A DNA stretch of 64,000 nt, taken from positions 57-64,056 of the forward strand of contig VIKH01000002.1 in assembly GCA_008080515.1 (NCBI GenBank). Direction: 5' to 3'. A model generated the notes under the pieces. The model saw nothing but the letters and a program-made list of their open reading frames with translations. It did no database searches and was not told where the DNA came from. The DNA is from Gallionellaceae bacterium. Lineage in GTDB: Bacteria > Pseudomonadota > Gammaproteobacteria > Burkholderiales > Gallionellaceae. The position numbers and the translations under genes are program-made. Shown here piece by piece: positions 28,409-36,253 of the stretch; position 1 is the first letter of the stretch, and each line of letters starts with the position of its first letter.

Positions 28409-29688
28409 GGTGCTGGCTCCGCATTGCTGTTCTGGTTGATAACCTGGATCGCCCGCAGCGCCGCCGCCGTCGCATGCTGCACCGAGCGGTTGACATCGAG
28501 CGGCCCGGAGGCGCACCCGGCACCGAATATGCCGCTGCCGGGTTCGAGGAAACCGCTGGAGTCGGCGACAATCTCGGCGGGAATATCCGCACCGTGCACC
28601 GACGGCGCCATGCCGACAGCGAGCACTACCAGATCGTGGGTGTTGGCGTAGCGGTGGTAGCCTTCGGTGTCCACGCCGTGCAGGATCAGATCGCCGCTTT
28701 TGCTTTCTTGTGCAATGCGCGCCACCTTGGACTTGATAAAGCTGACCGTCGGATCCTTGCGCACTTTTTGGTAGAAATCCTCGAAGCGGTCAATGGCGCG
28801 GATGTCTATGTAGTAAATCGTGGATTTGCCGTCTTCGCCGTAAACATCGCGCACATACTGGGTCTGCTTGAGCGAAGCCATGCAGCAAATGCGCGAGCAA
28901 TGGCGCAGGTGGTTTTCGTCGCGCGAACCCGCACACTGGATAAAGGCGATATTTTTCGCTTCCTTGCCGTCGGATGACCGCAGTATCCTGCCGCCGGTCG
29001 GGCCGTGCGGATCGCATAAGCGCTCGAACTCCAGGCTGGTGATGACGTTGGGAAAACGGTCGTAACCGTAAGGCTGGATTTTGGCCGCATCGTAAGGCTG
29101 CCAGCCGGTCGCCCAGATTACCGCGCCCACTGTCAGCTCCAGCGCCTCCTCCTGCATGCCGGGATCAACCGCGCTGTACTTGCATGCTGCCTGCGCCTTG
29201 CCGGCCTCTTCCGTGCCGATGGCGGAAGGATCGAGCACGTAGCGCAGAGGGTAGGCCATGTCGTGGGGCAGGTAAGCCACTTTCATTTGATCCAGGCCGT
29301 AGTTGTACGGGTTGGGTATCTCGGCGGACACGGCTCTGGCGCATTCGCCGCAGGCGGTGCAGTTTTCGTTGATGTAGCGCGGAGAAACCTTGGCTGCAAC
29401 GGTGTAGTTGCCGCGCGTGCCGCTGATGCGCGTCACCTCCGCCATGGTGATCACCCGCACATTGCGGTTGCCCTTGAGGCGGCGCAGGTTGATTTCGAGC
29501 CCGCACACCGGGTGGCACAGTTTGGGAAAATAGCGGTACAGCAGAGAGGTGCGACCGCCGAGAGTGGGGCTTTTTTCCAGCAGGATGACCTGCTTGCCGC
29601 ATTCGGCGGCTTCCAGCGCAGCCGTCATGCCGCTGATGCCGCCACCGACGACCAAAATGGTCTGGCTGGTTGCGATTGGAGTGGTCAC
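28405..29688 (-). CDS. QmoA/HdrA-like FAD flavoprotein
   Basis: ILVVGGGISGMTAALEAAECG dinucleotide fold; about 427 aa from GTG 29686-29688, directly after the upstream stop (29690-29692). Confidence 0.85.
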   Translation of the reverse strand: MTTPIATSQTILVVGGGISGMTAALEAAECGKQVILLEKSPTLGGRTSLLYRYFPKLCHPVCGLEINLRRLKGNRNVRVITMAEVTRISGTRGNYTVAAKVSPRYINENCTACGECARAVSAEIPNPYNYGLDQMKVAYLPHDMAYPLRYVLDPSAIGTEEAGKAQAACKYSAVDPGMQEEALELTVGAVIWATGWQPYDAAKIQPYGYDRFPNVITSLEFERLCDPHGPTGGRILRSSDGKEAKNIAFIQCAGSRDENHLRHCSRICCMASLKQTQYVRDVYGEDGKSTIYYIDIRAIDRFEDFYQKVRKDPTVSFIKSKVARIAQESKSGDLILHGVDTEGYHRYANTHDLVVLAVGMAPSVHGADIPAEIVADSSGFLEPGSGIFGAGCASGPLDVNRSVQHATAAALRAIQVINQNSNAEPAP

Positions 29689-29689
29689 A

Positions 29690-30217
29690 TCAATTCTCCA
29701 GCGTACGAATTTCAAAAGACATGCGTTCGAGATCACCCAGAATCCAGGTGCATGGGGCATTAACGCCGGGTGCTTCGATGCCCGCAACCGTGCCCGGATT
29801 GACCAGGAAGGTATGCCCGCCTTTGATGTTGGTCTGTGCGGTTATCGCGGCGGAGTGGCTGTGGCCGCAGCAGACCAGATCATACTCCCCGGTACACGCC
29901 ATGCCGCGCCCCAAATGCGGGTAGTGGATGGCGTAAACACGCCGCCCGGCAAGGTTTATAGTGGCTTCAAGCCCATGATAGTTGAGCAGTCCCGCCGATT
30001 TCATTACCAGATTTTGCATCGCAGTCGGATCGCCAAGGTTGTTGCCGTGTACCACATGCAGCGGCAGCCCGAGTTTGATCGAAGAACGCAGGGTCTGGGC
30101 ACCGATCACGTCGCCGCAGTGTATGACCGCCTGCGCTCCTTGTGCCTTTGCCGCCGATATGGCTGCGGCAAGCGGCTCGGCGCGATCATGGCTGTCGGAG
30201 ACGATACAGATTTTCAT
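29690..30217 (-). CDS. Metallophosphoesterase (YfcE/MJ0936-like)
   Basis: MKICIVSDSHD...HCGD...VHGNN...CCGHSH signature. Start set to the Met at 30217. Confidence 0.85.
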   Translation of the reverse strand: MKICIVSDSHDRAEPLAAAISAAKAQGAQAVIHCGDVIGAQTLRSSIKLGLPLHVVHGNNLGDPTAMQNLVMKSAGLLNYHGLEATINLAGRRVYAIHYPHLGRGMACTGEYDLVCCGHSHSAAITAQTNIKGGHTFLVNPGTVAGIEAPGVNAPCTWILGDLERMSFEIRTLEN

Positions 30218-30264
30218 TTTTATCTTATGCACAAACTTCCGGCGCCATTGGGTGAATGGCAACT

Positions 30265-30288
30265 TTGCGCTATTCGTATTAGGCGCAA
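30265..30288. promoter_or_regulatory. Inverted repeat TTGCGC-N12-GCGCAA in divergent intergenic region
   Basis: TTGCGC 30265-30270 and GCGCAA 30283-30288, 48-71 nt upstream of the phosphoesterase ATG. Function unknown. Confidence 0.25.
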
Positions 30289-30330
30289 TTGGCGGGGTTG
30301 ATGTCTATAGCCACGTCGGGGGAGACGGCA

Positions 30331-30346
30331 TACCCCAAATGGGGGA
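30331..30346 (+). promoter_or_regulatory. NarL-type 7-2-7 inverted heptamer pair TACCCCA-AA-TGGGGGA
   Basis: Resembles the NarL heptamer TACYYMT in 7-2-7 arrangement. TAATAT (30355-30360) follows 8 nt downstream. The site lies 75-90 nt upstream of the kinase ATG (30421). Confidence 0.35.
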
Positions 30347-30420
30347 TATGCTGGTAATATTCAGCACACTATCGGCGCATCTTGCCGCGCATTGTGTAGA
30401 AACATCCAAGCCGAAGCCAG

Positions 30421-31620
30421 ATGAACCATATTCAAGTCAAATTTACTGAAGGTTCCAGCCGTGCGCCCGTTTCCTTGGCAGCGGGCGATTTAGTGCCAGA
30501 GCTTGGCCACGAACGCCGGGAATACGCCATAAACCAGGGCGAGCTGTGGGCGCTGCTCGAAGAGTTTCTCTCCATCATTATCAGGGCGGTCGGTGCCAGC
30601 GCCGGGGCGGTGCGGATGCTGTCGCCCAACGGGATGGAGCTGCAAATGGTGGGGGCTATCGGCTTGCCTTCCGATGTTTGCAGGAACGAGACCGTTGTCG
30701 GGCTGGATTGCGGCGCTTGCGGCAAAGCGGTATACAGCAGGGATGTCAGCTCGTCCGATGCCAAAGATTGCTCGCGGCGTTATGACTGTCATTTTTTTGG
30801 CGGGGAATGCAAACATGTGGTTGCCGTACCGCTCAAATACCGCGGCGACCAGATCGGTGTTTTCACCATTTTCTTTGCCGCCGCCCAGGATGTCCCGGAT
30901 GACGTCGCGCGGATATTCCGCTCGTTCGCCGAACTTATCGGCATCGCGCTGGAAAGCGCCAGGCAAAACCGGGAGAACCGCCGCGTCAGCCAGATGGCCG
31001 AGCGGCAAATGATGGCCAACGAAATACATGACTCGCTGGCGCACACTCTGGTATATGCCAAGATGCGCTTGAGCCTGCTGATGGACGCCATGCGGACAAA
31101 CAACGGGCCGCTGGCCCTCGAATGCGCGCACGATGTGGACGAAGCATTGCAGAGAAGCCAGAAAACCGTGCGCGAGCTGATCAAGCACTTCCGCAGCCAG
31201 ATGGATCCGCTGGGGTTGCAGCATGCCTTGCAGGAACTGGTCAACGAATTCGGCGGCCACACCGGGATCGCCCTCGGTTACGCCAACTGGGTGGCCGATC
31301 TCGATCTGCCGCTCGAACACGAATTGCAGGTTTTCCACATCGTGCGCGAGGCGCTGGCCAATATCGCCAGGCACTCGGGGGCAACGCGCGCGCGCCTCAC
31401 CGTCGGTCGCAGCGGGGGCAATTACGTGTTCACTGTGGAAGACAACGGCAGCGGCGGATGCACTTCTACCCCGATCGAGGGGCACTACGGGCTGATGATC
31501 ATGCGCGAACGCGCGCGGCGTATCGGCGGCGAAATCGAAGTTAAAAGCTCGGCGCACACCGGTACGCGGGTGCGGTTGAGATTTCCTGATCCAGATTTGA
31601 ACAAGGAAGAAATGCAATGA
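30421..31620 (+). CDS. Cytoplasmic GAF-domain sensor histidine kinase (HisKA_3/NarX-LiaS type)
   Basis: 399 aa with no TM. GAF-like N-half carrying six Cys. H-box [12 protein letters not shown]; HATPase_c motifs ([28 protein letters not shown]). Confidence 0.9.
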   Translation: MNHIQVKFTEGSSRAPVSLAAGDLVPELGHERREYAINQGELWALLEEFLSIIIRAVGASAGAVRMLSPNGMELQMVGAIGLPSDVCRNETVVGLDCGACGKAVYSRDVSSSDAKDCSRRYDCHFFGGECKHVVAVPLKYRGDQIGVFTIFFAAAQDVPDDVARIFRSFAELIGIALESARQNRENRRVSQMAERQMMANEIHDSLAHTLVYAKMRLSLLMDAMRTNNGPLALECAHDVDEALQRSQKTVRELIKHFRSQMDPLGLQHALQELVNEFGGHTGIALGYANWVADLDLPLEHELQVFHIVREALANIARHSGATRARLTVGRSGGNYVFTVEDNGSGGCTSTPIEGHYGLMIMRERARRIGGEIEVKSSAHTGTRVRLRFPDPDLNKEEMQ

Positions 31621-32273
31621 GCGAAAAAATCCGGGTCGCCCTGGTGGATGATCATAACTTGTGCCGGAGCGGGTTGACCGAGCTTTTGATGCACCGCTAC
31701 GGCATGACGGTGGTCGGCGCCACAGGCGATGCCGGGGTGTTGATCCAGATATTGCGCGAGCACCAGCCAGATCTGCTGGTCATGGATTTACGCATGGAGC
31801 CGGTGGACGGTTTCACCCTGTTCGAGCGCATCCGCAAGGAAGGGCTCGATACGCCGGTGGTGATCCTCACCATGAGCGATGCGGAGACCGATCTGTCCAA
31901 GGCGCTGCGCGCCGGAGCACGCGGCTACCTGCTCAAGGATATGGCACCGGAAGATATTGCGGATGCGATCCGCCGGGTTGCGGGCGGCGAGATGGTGGTC
32001 GCTCCCGCGATGACGATAAAAATGCTGGATATATTGCAGAACGGGCAACAAGGGCAGGCCAGCAAGGATCCGCTCGAGCTGCTGACCGAGCGCGAGCGCG
32101 AAATACTTCAGCTTCTGGCGCGCGGCGAAAGCAACAAGGCGATCGCCCTGACGCTCGGGATCAGCAACGACACGGTCAAGCAGCATGTCCGCCACATCCT
32201 GACCAAGCTCAATCTCACCTCTAGGGTCGAGGCCGCCGTGCTGTTTGCCGTCAAGCAGCGCGATCTGGTGTAG
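31617..32273 (+). CDS. NarL/FixJ (LuxR-type) response regulator
   Basis: 218 aa. Receiver domain (VALVDDH...LLVMDLRM) and C-terminal [46 protein letters not shown]. Overlaps the kinase stop by 4 nt. Confidence 0.93.
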   Translation: MSEKIRVALVDDHNLCRSGLTELLMHRYGMTVVGATGDAGVLIQILREHQPDLLVMDLRMEPVDGFTLFERIRKEGLDTPVVILTMSDAETDLSKALRAGARGYLLKDMAPEDIADAIRRVAGGEMVVAPAMTIKMLDILQNGQQGQASKDPLELLTEREREILQLLARGESNKAIALTLGISNDTVKQHVRHILTKLNLTSRVEAAVLFAVKQRDLV

Positions 32274-32292
32274 CGCACTGGCCGTTCCGGGT

Positions 32293-32790
32293 TCAATCTT
32301 CCTCGCTATCAACCCTGGCCGGTTTTCGCTCTGCGGGCTTGGGTTGGGGGGGGCTTTCCAGAAGAAGTTGCTGTCCTACCTTGACTCTGACAGGTTGCAT
32401 TTTTCCCGGAACCGTAACCGCCAGGGATTCCGGTGCCCGCTCGCCGCTGCTATCGGCGTTTTGCGCCACGCCGTTGATCCACACGGTGCGCCCCCCGCCG
32501 CGCTTCTGCACGATGCCGTTGACTGTCAGCACGGAAGCGCTGCCTGATTCTTCCCCGCCAGCTTCGATGTTTTCCGGCTTTTCTGGCGTGACGACTTCCT
32601 TCTGCGCTGCGCTGCCCGCATCACCTCCCGCCTTGCGCGCGCGCGCCTGCTCGAACTGAACGCGCTGTTCCGGGGTAAAGAACAGACGGCCCAAGCTGTC
32701 CGCTTGGGCGGGCGGCGCTATCACGGCAGCGGCGAGCGCCCCGGCACAAACGGGCATTAACCGGCGACGGCTGTTGCTGTTCTGGTTCAT
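32293..32790 (-). CDS. Periplasmic protein, tentatively MshK-like
   Basis: Signal peptide (RRRLMPVCAGALAAAVIAPPAQA), LGRLFFTPEQRVQFEQ motif, VLTVNGIVQKRGGGRTVWINGV. Its ATG overlaps the upstream stop as ATGA (32787-32790). Last gene of the machine operon. Confidence 0.45.
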   Translation of the reverse strand: MNQNSNSRRRLMPVCAGALAAAVIAPPAQADSLGRLFFTPEQRVQFEQARARKAGGDAGSAAQKEVVTPEKPENIEAGGEESGSASVLTVNGIVQKRGGGRTVWINGVAQNADSSGERAPESLAVTVPGKMQPVRVKVGQQLLLESPPQPKPAERKPARVDSEED

Positions 32791-33413
32791 TTCGGCGCGC
32801 TCCTGTTCCTCAACGTCACCCACCCGCCCGCACATTCTGCCCTGACCTGTTCCGTAGCGCCGTAATCATCCGCCGATGGTGCGGAAACCGTGCGCTCCAG
32901 CGCGCACTTGTCGAGCATGAACCAGCCCTTGATTTCGCTGCGCACGGAATCGAGAAATGCCGTCAACTGCTCTTCGTGCAGCAAATCGAACTGCAAGGTC
33001 ATATCGCTGCGGTTGAGTTCGAAATTGCCGCTATCCAGCGCCGGAGCCGGCGTATAGGTCTTTTGCGGGAGGATGGCATACTTGAAGCCTATCGGGCCCG
33101 ACACCTTATGCCGCTGGCGGATTCTATCCAAGCCTTCAACCCAGTCCAGGCGCTGGTCGTTGCCGATGACGTTGCGCTCCAGCAGCGCGTTGTATTCCAG
33201 AGTGTAAGTACGCATGTTTTCCCGGTCTGCCTCGGCGGTGGCGAGCCGGGCGCGCGTTTCAAGCATTTGACGCCGCGCTTCCTTCTGGTCGCGCTGGGCT
33301 TGTTCGACAAAACTTTCGCTGGCCAGGATGGTTGCACTACCAACACCCAAAATGAGCAGGAACGCGAGCAGGCTCCAGCGGATATGCCGGAAATCAGATT
33401 GGGAAAAAGTCAT
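32787..33413 (-). CDS. PilO/MshJ-like bitopic assembly protein
   Basis: N-terminal TM (WSLLAFLLILGVGSATILA), then a coiled coil, then a globular periplasmic domain. ATGA overlap with the upstream stop (33410-33413). Confidence 0.55.
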   Translation of the reverse strand: MTFSQSDFRHIRWSLLAFLLILGVGSATILASESFVEQAQRDQKEARRQMLETRARLATAEADRENMRTYTLEYNALLERNVIGNDQRLDWVEGLDRIRQRHKVSGPIGFKYAILPQKTYTPAPALDSGNFELNRSDMTLQFDLLHEEQLTAFLDSVRSEIKGWFMLDKCALERTVSAPSADDYGATEQVRAECAGGWVTLRNRSAPK

Positions 33414-34912
33414 GGCGCAGGCCTCCATGCAAGTTTCAGCGAAAACCGTGCGGGGTTGGTGGTTTCATCGGCACTGGCCGCGATGCTGCCGCCCGGGCTG
33501 ATATCCAGCGGCAGAGCCAATACCGTCACGCCGTAGCCGTGCTGGGCCAGAGACTTCTGGAAACGTTCCAGGTAATCCAGCACATTGCGGTAGTCGCTGG
33601 CGGAAAACCCGGTCAGTTCACCGTCAAGCAAAATGACTTGGGCGGGGTAGCTTGCAGCCGCACCATTTTGTGGCGCTGGCTCTGCCGCCGCGCTCGCCTG
33701 CCAGGAAAGTTTGTTGAGGTGGAGGCGCGGGAAAGCATCCATACTTTTGCCAAGCCCCTCCAGAATTTTTTGTGGCGGGGGTGAATAGTTCTCCAGCTTG
33801 CGTGCCAGCAGAACGGCGGTTTTCATGTCGGAGGCAGCGGCCAGCGTGTTCGGGAATCCTGCGGTGATTTGTTGCGCCTGTTGCGCCAATCTGCCCGCCT
33901 GCGCCTTGAGTGCCTCGTTGTCTTCGTTCAGCGAACGGCCTTCCCAGATGTTGGCGATACCCCACAGCAGGCTGGACACCGCCACCACCGCGCTCAACCA
34001 GAGCAGGCTGCGGCGGATACGCAACAAATCAAAGAAATGGGTATGCGCCGCTGCCGCATAGTTGCTGCGCTGCGGCTTGGTGGCGAGCAGGTGCAGGAGC
34101 AGCGGCGTTGCGTCCGAGCCACCGTAGTCCGCCCTCGATTTGATGCGCTGCCCCGCTTCCCGGATGTCGAGGTAGGTGTAGCGCATGTCGGGGTTGTCGA
34201 TAAGCTTCGCTTCCAGCTCGCGCCGGTCGTCCGCATGGCAAACGACAAGCACGTCCAGCGCCTGCCCGACCGGAATCAGGCTCAAGCTCTTCAGGTATTG
34301 CTGGGTGCGCACGGCTTCCGTGGCAACCTGCTCGCTGAACGGCCTGCCCGCGACGATGGGGGTCAGGCGCGAAAAACGCAGCAGCCGGGCATCGAAATAG
34401 GTTTGGCGCAACCCGGCGTGTTTTTCCCACGATAGCAGCAACAGGTGCGCGGAGGGGCTGTTCCACGCCAGTGGGGCGCTGATGTTGGGGACGGAATAAA
34501 TGCCGACCAGCGGTATGCTCTGCGCCAGCATGATATTTAGCCACGGGGAGATCAGGGCGGGGTTGGTCAACGCCGAGAACAGCATCTCGTCATCGCGCCG
34601 CCCTTCTTTTTGCCGCAGCAACAACGACGCCTGCCGGAACGGGGTGTTGCGGTAAAACTGTTCGAACTTCCGCCGTATCTGTTCGGCGCGGTCGCCTCCG
34701 CGCAGGTGGGGCAAGGTTTCGTGGCGGAAGTCTTCCTCGATCAGGTCGGTGAGCAGATAGGCGGGATGGGGATTGGCTTGCAGGAATGCGGCAAAGCGCT
34801 CTTTGCCGTCTGCGCTGTCGGCGAAACGCTGCGGCGGGGAAAGCGCGCCGCTTTTCCAGATATAAGCGTGGAAGTTTTCGGCGCCAAGGAAGAGGATGGT
34901 TTTGCTGGACAT
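33410..34912 (-). CDS. PilM/PilN-fusion-like (MshI-like) assembly protein
   Basis: 500 aa. Cytoplasmic ~300 aa, one TM (LLWLSAVVAVSSLLWGIANIW), then a coiled coil and periplasmic domain. Architecture resembles MshI; the sequence itself is not diagnostic. Confidence 0.5.
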   Translation of the reverse strand: MSSKTILFLGAENFHAYIWKSGALSPPQRFADSADGKERFAAFLQANPHPAYLLTDLIEEDFRHETLPHLRGGDRAEQIRRKFEQFYRNTPFRQASLLLRQKEGRRDDEMLFSALTNPALISPWLNIMLAQSIPLVGIYSVPNISAPLAWNSPSAHLLLLSWEKHAGLRQTYFDARLLRFSRLTPIVAGRPFSEQVATEAVRTQQYLKSLSLIPVGQALDVLVVCHADDRRELEAKLIDNPDMRYTYLDIREAGQRIKSRADYGGSDATPLLLHLLATKPQRSNYAAAAHTHFFDLLRIRRSLLWLSAVVAVSSLLWGIANIWEGRSLNEDNEALKAQAGRLAQQAQQITAGFPNTLAAASDMKTAVLLARKLENYSPPPQKILEGLGKSMDAFPRLHLNKLSWQASAAAEPAPQNGAAASYPAQVILLDGELTGFSASDYRNVLDYLERFQKSLAQHGYGVTVLALPLDISPGGSIAASADETTNPARFSLKLAWRPAP

Positions 34913-34952
34913 CAGGCCGCACCTCCTGGCCGATTTTTCACGGAGCTATTCG

Positions 34953-36155
34953 TCACATTTGCACCTTGCTGATGATGTCGTAGATCGGCGAAAGAACGGA
35001 CAGCATCACCCATCCGAGCAGCAGGCCGAGGATGATGGTCATGGTCGGCTCGATCATGACCTGCACTTTCTTGATCGAGTCTTTCACGTCGCGGTCGTAA
35101 AAATAGCTGACGTTGCGCAGCGCCAGATCGAGTTGCCCGGTCGCCTCGCCCACCTTGAGCATGCGGATCACCAGCGGCGGGAAAACGCCGGTATTCTGGA
35201 AGCTTTGCGTCAGGTTTTTGCCGGACTCGATTTCCTGCATGACTTGCTCGAGGCTCCTCGCGATCACCTGGTTGTTCGCCAGATCGCGCGAGTTGGAGAT
35301 GCAATCCAGTATGGTGATGCCGGAGCCGTACATGATGGCAAAAGTGTTGGCGAAGCGCGCCAGGATGATTTTGCGCAGGATAGGGCCGGTGGGCCAGATG
35401 CGCAACTTGATGCTGTCCAGATGGTATTGCAGGCCGGGGTTGTAGGCCACCACCAGCTTGAACGCCGCGAACAGCGAAACCGGCAGCCCGAGAATGAGGT
35501 ACCAGTAATCCACGAACACGGCGGAGGTGGCCAGCAACAGCCTGGTTTGCAGCGGGATGTCCTGCCCCATGCCCTTGATGAAGCCGACCAGTTGCGGTAC
35601 CAGGTAAATCATCAGGAAAAAAGTGATGGCGATCACCACGGTGCCGACGAACACCGGATAGATCATCATGTTCTTGGTTTGCGAGGCCATTTCGTCCTGC
35701 CATTTCAGCGCCTCGGTGAGATGCCCGAACACGTCTGCCAGCCTCCCGCTTTCTTCGCCCGCGTGGGTCAGGCTGAGGAAAATCTTGTCGAACGCGTCCG
35801 GGTGTTCCGCCATGGCTTGCGACAGCTTCTTGCCGTTCTGGATGGATTCCACCATGTTGGCGATGATTTCGCGAAATCTCTGGTCGTCCATGCTGTCGCG
35901 CAAATCGCCCAAGCACTCCAGCAGGGGCACACCGGCGCGCAGGAGCTGCTCCAGGTTGAAGAAGAAAGTAATCAGATCCGAACGCTTGATTTTTCTGGTG
36001 CCGAGCGCGGTTTTCTTTTCGTCTACTTTGGCGTGAACCAGATCCAGCCCCATGCGCTTCAGACGCAACTCGAGATCCACCACATTGGCCGCATCCTGCA
36101 AGCCTCTGGCGGTTCTGCCTTGGTCGTTGATCGCTTTGTAGGAATACAGCGCCAC
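34953..36155 (-). CDS. GspF/PilC/MshG-family inner-membrane platform protein
   Basis: 400 aa. Duplicated GspF domains (...LLRAGVPLLECL..., ...MYGSGITILDCI...) and three TM blocks. GTG start. Confidence 0.93.
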   Translation of the reverse strand: MALYSYKAINDQGRTARGLQDAANVVDLELRLKRMGLDLVHAKVDEKKTALGTRKIKRSDLITFFFNLEQLLRAGVPLLECLGDLRDSMDDQRFREIIANMVESIQNGKKLSQAMAEHPDAFDKIFLSLTHAGEESGRLADVFGHLTEALKWQDEMASQTKNMMIYPVFVGTVVIAITFFLMIYLVPQLVGFIKGMGQDIPLQTRLLLATSAVFVDYWYLILGLPVSLFAAFKLVVAYNPGLQYHLDSIKLRIWPTGPILRKIILARFANTFAIMYGSGITILDCISNSRDLANNQVIARSLEQVMQEIESGKNLTQSFQNTGVFPPLVIRMLKVGEATGQLDLALRNVSYFYDRDVKDSIKKVQVMIEPTMTIILGLLLGWVMLSVLSPIYDIISKVQM

Positions 36156-36172
36156 GTTATTTGCCTTTACTT

Positions 36173-36248
36173 AGAGAAGGGGGAAGAGGGAAGGGGAAAG
36201 GGTAAAGCCAGCTTTGCGTTTTTCACCCTTCACTCTTCACTCTTCTCT
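36173..36248. other. 76-nt imperfect palindrome (purine arm / pyrimidine arm) with a G-quadruplex motif
   Basis: AGAGAAGGGGGAAGAGGGAAGGGGAAAGGG... faces ...CCCTTCACTCTTCACTCTTCTCT. G-runs at 36179-36183, 36188-36190, 36193-36196 and 36200-36202. It fills the 98-nt gap between the ATPase stop (36254) and the platform start (36155). Confidence 0.6.
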
Positions 36249-36253
36249 GTTTT

